Shown here in pieces: positions 14,695 to 26,017 of a DNA stretch of 36,164 nucleotides. Both the position numbers and the translations under genes were made by a program. Within the stretch, counting starts at the first letter, position 1. The number at the start of each line of letters is the position of its first letter. The DNA is from Bigelowiella natans CCMP2755 (lineage: Eukaryota; Protista; Cercozoa). The DNA lies in the NCBI GenBank assembly GCA_000320545.1, contig ADNK01002957.1:1-36164 (forward strand), given 5' to 3'. The notes below the pieces were generated by a model, which saw nothing but the letters and a program-made list of their open reading frames with translations, did not search any database and was not told the origin of the DNA.

Positions 14695-15849
14695 ATGGCT
14701 TTCAATCTACAAGCTCTTATTGCAAAGAGGACGAAAATAGAACATCGAAGATATTCGGAATGTAAGCAAAACAGCCTTGGGAAAATGGATGAGCAAGTTT
14801 CGCAGCTCTCGGAGGCATTCGGCGTCAAGTTTGAGGATTTGAAGGGATTTCTCCTTAATGCAAAGATGAAAGAGGCTGTGAGTCAAACCTTGAAGCTTCC
14901 ATCTTCTGAATACCTGTGTGGGTTCGACATGAAAGGGCACTTGAATTGCGATTTCGACATTAAATCGAATGGCCTTGATGCCAAACACTCTTCTATGCTT
15001 GATGACTCTAAGGAGCGCGTTGGAGGCGGAAACAGTGTAATGTGGGATTCAAAGATTCATCGACAATTGAGGTATCCAGGGTATGTGGAGGGCTTCAATC
15101 TGAATCTTGACAACAAGCACGGCAAATCCGACAAGAAGGGCTTCTCTTTTGACAGCAGTGAAGGCAGCAGTACTGGCTCATCAGCGACCTATTTGGGGGA
15201 TATAGGTTCTATTGGAAGCATTTGTGATTCTCCTCGAGTGCATGCAACAGTCCCATCGATGACCTTAGCTCGGAGTAGCTCCGGAGATACTATGGGCGGT
15301 TTGACTGGTGACGTCTTCAAGCTGCCGAACGACCCAGATTTTACATTCTTTTCCGACGGAGACGATGACGAGGGTGAGGATACGGCAACTGACACTGCGC
15401 ACTCTAGCATTTCTATTCTTTCCAGGATATCTGAACGATGTCCTGATGTGGATAAAAAGATAGAAATGTCTCCTAAACGGGAGTCGAAGAATAGGAAGGC
15501 CAAATTGTACGTTGATGGATGTGAAAGCGTTCTTCAGCTCGATGCGAACCGGTCGATTTTGAGTCAAGAGGTGTTAATGAGAATGAAGATGTCTTTTTAT
15601 CGCCAGTCCTTGGCTGGGGGGTGGAAGAAAAAGAGAGTCCGTGATGAGGCCTCGAAGGATGTAAAGATGGATACTACTCAGCAGCAGCGACTCAAACGAA
15701 TTCGCATCAAGAAAGAATCTAGTGACGAGGATCTCTCTGTGCAACAGTTTTCTGAAGAATTTCTGAGAAGCTTTGCGAATCGAATTGTGAGCTGCCCTCT
15801 TTGCAGGGTGCCCTCTAACATTGGACACGAGGGTAATGTAAGGTTCTGA
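14695..15849 (+). CDS. Hypothetical Ser/Asp-rich protein, ~384 aa (ends at 15818 if a 20-nt intron is spliced)
   Basis: Uninterrupted 1155-nt ORF without microsatellites and with protein-like composition; basic clusters KKKRVR and RLKRIRIKKE. No family recognised. Confidence 0.75.
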   Translation: MAFNLQALIAKRTKIEHRRYSECKQNSLGKMDEQVSQLSEAFGVKFEDLKGFLLNAKMKEAVSQTLKLPSSEYLCGFDMKGHLNCDFDIKSNGLDAKHSSMLDDSKERVGGGNSVMWDSKIHRQLRYPGYVEGFNLNLDNKHGKSDKKGFSFDSSEGSSTGSSATYLGDIGSIGSICDSPRVHATVPSMTLARSSSGDTMGGLTGDVFKLPNDPDFTFFSDGDDDEGEDTATDTAHSSISILSRISERCPDVDKKIEMSPKRESKNRKAKLYVDGCESVLQLDANRSILSQEVLMRMKMSFYRQSLAGGWKKKRVRDEASKDVKMDTTQQQRLKRIRIKKESSDEDLSVQQFSEEFLRSFANRIVSCPLCRVPSNIGHEGNVRF

Positions 15850-16911
15850 ACCATTGCCGATCGAGGCTTTTGCAACGGCAGATTAAATCTCCTTGGGCGA
15901 TGTATGTTGAGCCGAGGAATATGTATTTTGAGCCATGGAGCGTGTTTGTGAAATCTAAACATCTAAAAATTCGGATTTGTTTGGATGGCGAATTTTGGAC
16001 CATCATACCGCCGCACATGCGAGGACGTGAGCTACTTTATCATGACCAAGCCTCATTCCATGTATGTTGCTTGTACAACGATACTCGTATATTAGTATCG
16101 TACATGCATGCACATGTGCATGTACATGTACGCGTTCCAAGCAAGACATTAGATCCTGTCCCATTCTCTTAACGGAATATGTGCTGTATTGTTTGATCTA
16201 ATAATGATGTTCGTAGCTATGTGTCGCGATCACAAGCCTATCATAGCAGCTAGTGTCTAATAGGTCTAGCTATAGCTAGGCTAGTAGGCCAGCAAGCACC
16301 ACGTGTCACAAGCACTTATAGACACTGTAGCCACTTACTCCACAACGACGTGTACTACGAATTGACATCATCATTAGCTATCTCTATCTAGCTATTATCA
16401 TTATTGTTATTGTTGTGCTAAATCGACTTGGTCAGGTATGCACGTCGACGAGATGAGACGTCTAGATGTACATTGTCTGGGGTTAGATGTGAGCCTGAGA
16501 CCGTAGCAGCAAACGCATGCGAGCAGGATCATGCTCGCGCCATTGTGGGGAATTGAAATATAAGCACAAGCATGTAGGCTGTAGATTGACGCGAAATGAT
16601 CATGCAGTATGACACATGTGACAAAGCTTATATGACTGAAATGTGATGATTCATACGAGCTTAGGAAAGACTAGAATTCGAACATTTAAGCGTACTAATT
16701 TGTGATACGACACAGAGAGCATTTTGATAATTTGGCCTGGCCATGGTAGTTAATGCATAATATGTTTCCTACAACTGCTGAGCGATGACATTAATAGTTT
16801 TTAAAAAAAAGACGACTTTCGCTTATGAAATGAGCGATTTTGATTGAATGTGAAACAAATTTCACACGACTTCAGTTAAATTTAGGTAGTCTGCGTACCT
16901 CTGAAATCTTC

Positions 16912-18156
16912 TCAATAGTTCGATTTTATAATTTCCCAAAATGGGTCCTTGTATGCTCCATATCGGATGCAGTTGTCCCCATTTTCCTTACATGGATGGT
17001 TAATCTCTGTCCAAGTTCCTGGAGTGGCCCATGAGCACATAGATTCTAGTGCAAGAGCATTATTTCCCTTCTCAAGTCGCATGTATCCCATTTCCCCCCA
17101 GTATTCTCCCCATGAATTTCGCACAATCCAGTATTTATTTCCGTCTTCATCCTCACCCCAGCCGGTTACAGAAACAATGTGATTGATGTCCCGATCTTGC
17201 TTTTTATCGTCTTTCATGATCCCCCCAGTGTAATCAAGGATGGGCTCGGCATCGATTCCGCATGCTATGGGACCCCTTGTATGAATTTCTGCCATCATCT
17301 TCAATTCTCCTCGCACTTCACCATACTCCGCAATCGTTGCATTGGGAAAATAATCAATTTCGGCACACCTGCCTCCCATGGATTTAAAGGTGCTGCAAGT
17401 ACGACACACATTCTGGTTGTCACATCTGGTATTAGCCGATCTACAGAAACCCTCCGTGCTTTCTTCCGAACATGCAATGTACTGCTGACATGTATCAAAA
17501 GGGACGAATCCAGAAGTTTTAACGAATTCGAAAGCTCCCGTAGCAGAGCCTCCGTGACATGAGCCTGCAATATCCATACCGCAGTTGAGGAGGTATTGGA
17601 TCGCTAGATTGATCTCAATCCCCTGTGCACTTCGTGCAATCTTGATACGGTCAGCTAGCGTAGAGAGCGCGCCATGTGCCCAGCAGCTGGCCAACAATTA
17701 TTTAACAAAAACATACTTCAATTCATGATCACTCAGTTAACAACTGTCTGTTCTTTCTATTCCTATGAATCAGGGAATTCAGTTGTATACCTTCCACAGT
17801 ACTGTGGGATATGTTGGTTCAAATTCTTAGTTAGGTATGAGACGCCAGATATGTTGCCCCAATTGAAATCCGTCGGTAGGTTCGATGTGTTGATGTAGGT
17901 ATGCGGAACTGGGAGTTTGTAGTCGTTCCTCTTCTTATGCCCTTTCATATGCTGAGGTTAGAGTAAGAGCATGCTATTAACTCATCTGTAACTTCGATAG
18001 CATTCACACCAAGGCGGATGAATCTTCTACCTTAAATTCTGAGACGTATCCGTGCTTGTGCTGTAGTGTTCCGACAATCAACGCTGCAATAATGACACCC
18101 CGAAGTCTCGAGGAAAACGACAACTCCGATTGAAACGGGTGCAGCATTGGGATCAT
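16912..18156 (-). CDS. CTSZ: Cathepsin Z/X (papain family C1A cysteine carboxypeptidase), 353 aa, 3 exons
   Basis: Exons 18156-18031, 17951-17791 and 17686-16912. Catalytic region NQHIPQYCGSCWAH carries the cathepsin-X-specific HIP insertion; also INHIVSVTGWG (His) and YWIVRNSWGEYWGE (Asn), a short prodomain and an N-terminal hydrophobic stretch. Confidence 0.95.
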
Positions 18157-18599
18157 CCAGATAAGCTTCTAAGTAAGCTTCCCTATCTGTTTTTGGCGAT
18201 TATCACTGCCCTTCGAAGCGGGGGGAGCTATTCGTCTACTGTCTGCTTGTAAAGCAAGAGAAGAGCTATGCAATCGAAACTACGGCTTCTTCTTATTTTC
18301 GTGGCTTAGACTAGACCTATATACACATTGCGTCTTGATCTTTGGCAAGTCGCACATTCGAAATGATTCCCATTTTCGTAAATTACGACGAGTGCTCGTG
18401 AATTGTTTTGTACCACGAGAAACAGCCATTATTTTCTTCGCAAATTGTGGCAAAAATCATTGTCGCTAGACATTTCTCACATGTTTTCCCATCTTTTCGA
18501 GAGAAAGATCACGATATCATGCTAGATGGATGATATTTTCTATCTACGACATCATCAACTTCATGTCGCCTAACAGCAACAGGTGAACCCGAACATCCG

Positions 18600-20475
18600 A
18601 TGACGGGATCGAGTTCGGGCAAAAGGCAAATCGGTGACGGGGAGATGAATAAGCAGGAGCGCAAGATAGAACAAAACAAGAGTTACACAGAAGTGAAAAG
18701 GGCCACAGAAACACAATCGAAAAAGCTACTGGGTGCGTAAATGTAGCGAAGTATTTGTACGAAAACTCACATACATCGATGTGTTGTTGAGGCAGGAATA
18801 GATTCGGAACATAAGCTCCGGTCCGAAAACCTTCCTTTCGATATTGACGTGGTGATATTCATCTTTCCGTACTGCCGTTATTACCATGCCACACTCAATG
18901 GGTCGCATGATCCGTCTTCTTAGTGGTATCCTCGCTTAAAACGGCACACCTATAAAAGTTTCTTCTTACCCCTCACACGACGAGAAGCACAGGTAGCATT
19001 TTACCCAACATGCATGAATAATATCGGGCGTTCTGACGTATAATTTGCTGTCGTCGCCCAATTGAAACAGGCCATCCTGAATCACTATCAAACCGCGTAA
19101 GAAGAGCCACTGCTTATCATCCTAACAACGTTGAAAGCATTCTCAGCAATCAGCTGAGCAATCGATAGGGTGGTGAACGATTTTTGTTTCATCATTGGTT
19201 TGTGTGTTGCTTCGGTGTCCAGATACTTAGCGAGGCACCGACTCCGTCGATCTGATGTCCAGGCAAGAGGAATATTTACTCACAACCAACAGTGCTTTGA
19301 ACAACACAATACCATCAAAATTGGATGACTGATTACGAAGAATAATGTAGAAGTATATCTACATGATATTACTAGCTAATGATGATTATTATTGTCATTA
19401 TTGTCATCATCATCATCATCATCAATTGATTCAGGTCCTTGAAGCTCTCGAAAGAACCCTTGATAAGTTGTTTTGGAAGAGGTTCAGGGGAAAGAGCGCA
19501 TTCTTACGACTTTGCGGTTGGAATGTCACAAACGCACGCACGCACACTCCCACACGCATACTTATCTTTCTTTAAACTGCGTTTATCGAAAACCACCGCT
19601 CAATCGCACATTTCTTTGATTTTATTGATATTGTCATTACCCCACTCTTGTTCCCCTTACTACGCACGCACGCTGCTGTATACAGGAAGAAGTCCCAAGG
19701 ACGGGGACCCGCTTGACAAGTAGTACTTTCTACTGCATGCTTATATATCAATATAACGACGTGAAGGCTACCTTTAATAACACAGAAGAGAGAACGTGCT
19801 CCCTCTTATCGCAGTAAGACTACACAATTAATATACGTGCACATTCTATTTCTTCTGTGATCGATCTAGGACTAAGGTGTGGGCAATGTACACGAAGCAG
19901 CTGAAGGAGATATCAGGAAAGAACGCATTCACGCAGAAGGGAGCCTACCGCGAAATTGACGTCAACTTGAAGCTACGAGCTATTGGAAGAGTACGGAAGC
20001 TGAACAAAAATCCCTTCCAAAGCTATATTAAACTAACCGCTGACCGCCCATAGTGATAGATCATCACTTCGTCAGCCGATCCTATTCCTTTTGTCTTGTA
20101 GGTTAATTACCTCAGCGTATCAAATGGCGCAGAAGCGCTCGCATTGCTGCTATCTTCTGAACGCGTGTACACTGACCTGCACGATTGGCTCAGGTCAGGT
20201 CTAGGAGGAAGGATTCGTAGCTACATGTTTTGTTAGCGATTATCTATCTGCTGCTGCCAGATGGAGAGCCGTATAATTTGTCATCATCATCACCACCGTC
20301 ATTATCATCATCATCACCAACAATCACCATCAATCATGAAACCGTTGAATAATAGGCATGGAGAGCCAGAGCAGATTGTTCTGAGAGAATGGGACGAGGA
20401 TATGCGAGTAGATCGCGAATTCCGAGTATACGTTCATCAGTCGAAGATATGCGCTATTTCTCAGTCAGTAGATAT

Positions 20476-20516
<41 letters not shown>

Positions 20517-22125
20517 GTTCTTAAAAGCACAGAAAGAGAGGAGTTTTCAAAACTGAGTGTACATCGTCGTTTGCTGCTGATAGCAACGACGAATAGGGAG
20601 AGAAGAAGAATGGCTTTATGGCTTACGGAAGGGGGAGAGAGAGGAAGGAGGGGGAGAGGGGATATCAATCCTCATAATCCGATCAACGCGTGTGTGAGGC
20701 TCATGCGTCTTGTTCGGTTTATTATTGGCACTGATTTCCAGCTACTTTGCTGCTGCTGCTGCTGCTGCAATAGGTACGACCACTACACATACTATCCGGA
20801 GCTCGCACAACACAAAGCCACCATTGAAAAACTGATTCGGGAGGAATGGGCAAAGATACATCTAGAGGTATTATCACGTATCACGGACCACGAGTATGCT
20901 TTAGGGTTGAGGGGGGGGGGAACAAGGAGAGGGAGACCGATCTCCTCAATCCCTTCTCAAAGGAGAAATATCTCATAATCAAGTATACTGATATCAACAT
21001 GAAGAACATACATCCCCACAATCGTCATCATCATAATCATCATCATCATCAGCGCAATGATTTATATTGATAGCACCACCTTCCTCTCCCTTCGCTTCTT
21101 TCTCTTCCTCTGGTTCTCTTCTCTCCATCATCATCTTCTTCTTCTTCATCTTCTTCTTCTTGCTCCGCTTCTTTTCTTCTTCCAAGGTTGGGATCCACTC
21201 GTATTGTATGGACTTTGTCTACATCCCAGCAGCTGAGAAGTCAGCGAGAGTCAGAATGGTGCGCGACGACCACCAGCTATCATCCTAATCAGTGGATAAT
21301 ATAAATCATATCAAATGATAATAGTAACAATAATAATAATAATAATTAATCTTCTCTGTGAATGAAGTATGTGACTTTCACTAGGAAGCATAACTGCTGC
21401 ACCTAACAGCAGCCATAATACCCCGATGAAACCTACCGTGCACATATCATCGTAGTAATGCGTGCTGATTGAGCAGCTTTCTCCCCCCCCCCCTTCCTTA
21501 GATCGAAATAAGCCCATTCCTCCCATGCACAGGGCCTGCATGCTTCAGCTGGACGAAAGATAGGGTTAGTGGTGATGATGCGTCTCGAGTGAGAGAAGAT
21601 ACTGGGGGGGGGGGGGAGGGGGGGGGATAAGAAGAGGACGATGATGAAAAAGAAGAGTAAGGAGGGGGGGGAGGAAAATAACCTTAATGATGACAACGAC
21701 GGCGATGACGACGACGATGAGGAAGAGGAAAGCAACTACTGTGGTGCATGTTGTACGTCTATATGGTGATAGCAATGTAACTGTTGTAGCCAAATAACGA
21801 CGCTTCTTGCTCTTCCTTATTATCATCATCATGCAAGAAACTACCATCCCTAGTCACAAAGCATCAACGCGATGAACAAACACCAATCTCTTCCAATAGG
21901 ATGTGCTAGAGGGACGCTCACCCTTTGAGTTTCGGCTTGTAGAGGAAAAGAAGTACGGGAAGGAGGATGAGCAAAAGCAGCAGCAGCATCAATCCCTCCT
22001 GACTCAAATTGTAGTCATCAATAGTACACTATTGTGTAGTAGAAGTAAAAGTTATTGAAGAGGTCTCCCCCCTCTTCCCAACCGACCCTTCTTGCAGAGG
22101 ATTGATCATGCTAATGTGCTTGTGT

Positions 22126-22170
<45 letters not shown>

Positions 22171-22230
22171 TGTGTGTGCTGCTGTGATGATGATGATGAT
22201 GATGAACTAGGTATAAATTAACGATGATGA

Positions 22231-22262
<32 letters not shown>

Positions 22263-23393
22263 ACTATGGTAGGTGGAAGCTAATTGGGATCGACGATGGT
22301 GTGCTCAGAGTGCTGATAATGATGATAATAATAATGGCCATTTTAGCATTGGAACAGAGACGAGATACTATAAAGAGGTCAGTATTCAATCCCTCATGGT
22401 TCTTCGTAGCATTGCTACTTGTTATGACCCCCCCCCCCCCCCCGCCCCCTCTCCTTCTCTTGTGCGTGTGCGTGTGTGTGAGAGTGTGTTGTAGGAGTAA
22501 TTTATTCTCTATAATTTCTTTCTCCGCCCTTCCTTCCTCCGCGTATGCTGCTGCAACCACAACTACCAGATCTGGGGCGAGCTAGGGTTAATTAGAGGGG
22601 GAGGGAAGGATGCAAAGTCCATGGCGAAATGGAGTGGTATTGCGAGAAGGGTAGCATTCAGTTGTGGTCTTGGGGTGGCCTCATTCTTGGCGTTTCGAAC
22701 GGCGGCGTCCTCGTCGTTGGCGTCGTCTTTCACATCATCGCCATTCTCAACTTCAGGTAGCTCTGATGCATAAGAGAGGGAGAGGGAGAGAGAGAGCACG
22801 CCTAATGATTTGTTACATCTATTTATTTTGCTTAATAGCCTTGATCGGAGGTGGCACTGACATTTTCAATTTAGTCCCGATGTTTCTTCTTTTTCCTCAT
22901 TCAAACGACTCGAATCCATCTTCTTTCCCCCCTCTCCCCCCGCAACCCCTCCCCCCCCCTCCCTCCTCCGTTGTGACACGAACGATACCAAAGAGAGTTA
23001 CCACTTGAAAGAATCTGCTACTTCTGATGACAATACTACTCTGGCAAGGCTATCCCGATTAGATGTGTATAAGAGAATAACACTGCTACTTTACATTCTT
23101 GTCAGTAATCGGTCATCGAAGGGCCTGTACAGCTATTAGTGTTGGCGTGATGATAAGGTAAATAGATACACATGATACCAATGATGCCTGGAAGAATGAT
23201 GATGATGACGATGATGATGATGATGACGATGTGGTATCGTTGCTTGATTGTTCCACACCTCAATTTATAAACACTCTCTGCCCCTTGACTTTCTTTCAAT
23301 ACAAAGAGCTAATGATAACTCTTCCCCTTCATACGAAAACTAAGGATATCGATTAGATGACTCTTTATCCCTAGTCGCTTAATCTTTGCATCT

Positions 23394-23441
<48 letters not shown>

Positions 23442-23510
23442 TTATATCTCTTTCTCTCTCTACATGAAGCAATCGTCATTATCATCATCATCACCATCAT
23501 CATCATCACC

Positions 23511-23543
<33 letters not shown>

Positions 23544-23624
23544 CCCATTAGTTTCCTCTTGAGCATCATTCACTTCTCCAAGGACTACAACAACAGCAGG
23601 TATATTATATGAAAAGCACGGCAA

Positions 23625-23658
<34 letters not shown>

Positions 23659-23809
23659 GGCAGAGTTCGCGGAGACCTTTGGAAAGAGAGGAGGAGGAGG
23701 AAGAGGAGCCACCAGCAGCCGCTGGGAGAGGGTAGTTTTTGCGTGTCGCACACATCCAAAGTGTGAATATGTGCAGATATATCTTTCTGTCATTTTGGTT
23801 AATGTATTG

Positions 23810-23843
<34 letters not shown>

Positions 23844-24096
23844 ATGAATACAGTATAGCTTTATTCGTATACGGCACTTTGAAGAGAGGGTTTCACTGGC
23901 ACGGGAAGTTTCTCCAACGCAATGCAGACTACATAGGTATTATTAGGAGCCCTTGGCACTCTGTGTGTCATCGTAAATCATTATTGTACTCCTCAATATC
24001 CTCGTAATAGATGTACTTAAGAGAAGGGGGAGGAGGAGGAGGAGGGGGATGGAATATATCGCAGCTGCTGCTTCAAGCTGTAGTTTATATTATATA

Positions 24097-24135
<39 letters not shown>

Positions 24136-24396
24136 TTGTATGAGAGACAGATGTACATACACATCTTGCGAAGGCCGGACCGATTTTTCCCCTTTTTCTT
24201 TTTTGTTCTTCTTCTTCTTCTTCTTCTTCTTCTTCTTCTTCTGTTATTATCTTCACACTACGAGTACTATCCTAGGAAAAGGCAAATCTGTGGAGAAATT
24301 TCCGCTTGTATTTGGCTCGTCTGGCGTTCCTTATTGTCTCTATGATCTCAAAGTATATACTATGCGTATACACACTCACACACACACACATATACA

Positions 24397-24449
<53 letters not shown>

Positions 24450-24723
24450 AATATGTATTTATTTATTGTAAATACAGATATACTAAATAAAATTTTATGT
24501 TTCACCACGATAAGAAGAACTCTGGTAGATAAATACATAGCGCCTCTTTATTCGTGTCGTGCTGCTGCTATCGTGTCCTTGTGGACTAGAAATAATAACG
24601 ATGATTGGCTGCCAACCACTACTAATACTACTGCTACGGATTGAAACATCGTCAATACAACAACGATAACAACAACAAGAACAGCAACAACAACTACTAC
24701 TACTACTACTTACTACTACTACT

Positions 24724-24754
<31 letters not shown>

Positions 24755-25762
24755 GCTACTACTGCTACGAGAACATTGTGTTATCCGAATTATCAGGGCA
24801 GTGGGTACCAAGTTGAAGGCGAGCTATACTGGTATTCCTGTGTTAGGATGTGTGATGAGATGAGCGATGCTGGTGATAATGATGATGATGATGATGATGA
24901 GGGTGGTAGATATCAATGATTGAGGGGGATCTAAGGATGGCAGTAAAGAAGCATCTTGTGACAGAAACTCCACACACGCGTACATGCTCGAGTATTTCTC
25001 CTACAATAGGGTAGATGAGGAGACGTTGGAAGGTTTGGACGAATATGAAGGTATTAGATACTATAGGCAATGGCGAGAAGGGTGCTAATGGGTGATAGGA
25101 TGCTGCGCTAACGATAAGTAATATAAATGTGGTGATAGAATGCTTCACACGCAAAGGTGTCATCAAAAAGCATTATATACGGAGGAAGATCAAGATCGAA
25201 GCGGTACGGAGTCAAGCATGCGGTTACAGCGGCCAGACGCAAACCTCGATGATTGCTTGCTAGATTTCGCCGGGAATCAGAAAAGCACACATCGCCTTGA
25301 TCGTTATCACCTTCCATCATCGTTATGCCCACGCTGCAAACGTCGTGCATGCATGCTCCAATATATCATGTTCATCATGACTGCTACCTCTTGCTAGGAG
25401 GGTGATGGGATCAGCGTTGGCGCTTTTGTATACTTCAAGTCATCGTCCAACGAGGAGCTGAAGGCATTGGTGATAATGATAATTAACTACAGACCTTTTA
25501 ACACCGCGGTGCTAGGAATACACACTCTGCCACGCACGATGCGTGCTTTCAGCCTATTGACCATTGTAATCACGTTGCTGCTTTCTACCATTGCCAGCAA
25601 TAATTGCAGCATGCGAGATGTACATGTTGGGGGTTTCTTCCTTTTATTTCTTCTGGCTGTGTATGGCTGCTGCAGGAATTCCATCCTCGATATTCTCTTT
25701 CATATCATAAGAAGAATTATGATGCCATTCGTCATATCCAGGTTGTCACAGAAAGATGCCCA

Positions 25763-25804
<42 letters not shown>

Positions 25805-25814
25805 CACATACATT

Positions 25815-25855
<41 letters not shown>

Positions 25856-25932
25856 TTGGTAGCGTCAAATACTCCGACCACACTGTCTGCATATATGAGG
25901 AAACGAATAACCCAAGGGGGATGATAAGGGTG

Positions 25933-25973
<41 letters not shown>

Positions 25974-25978
25974 TCTCT

Positions 25979-26017
<39 letters not shown>

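Noticed and set aside
15790-15830. CPLC...H as a zinc finger or RING remnant
   Set aside because: Only one Cys pair, and it falls inside a probable 20-nt intron.
15870-16172. 100-aa ORF with a short imperfect repeat (15900-15934) as a possible extra exon
   Set aside because: The only obvious splice (15833 to 15881) gives an immediate stop and no motif is recognisable; probably 3' UTR.
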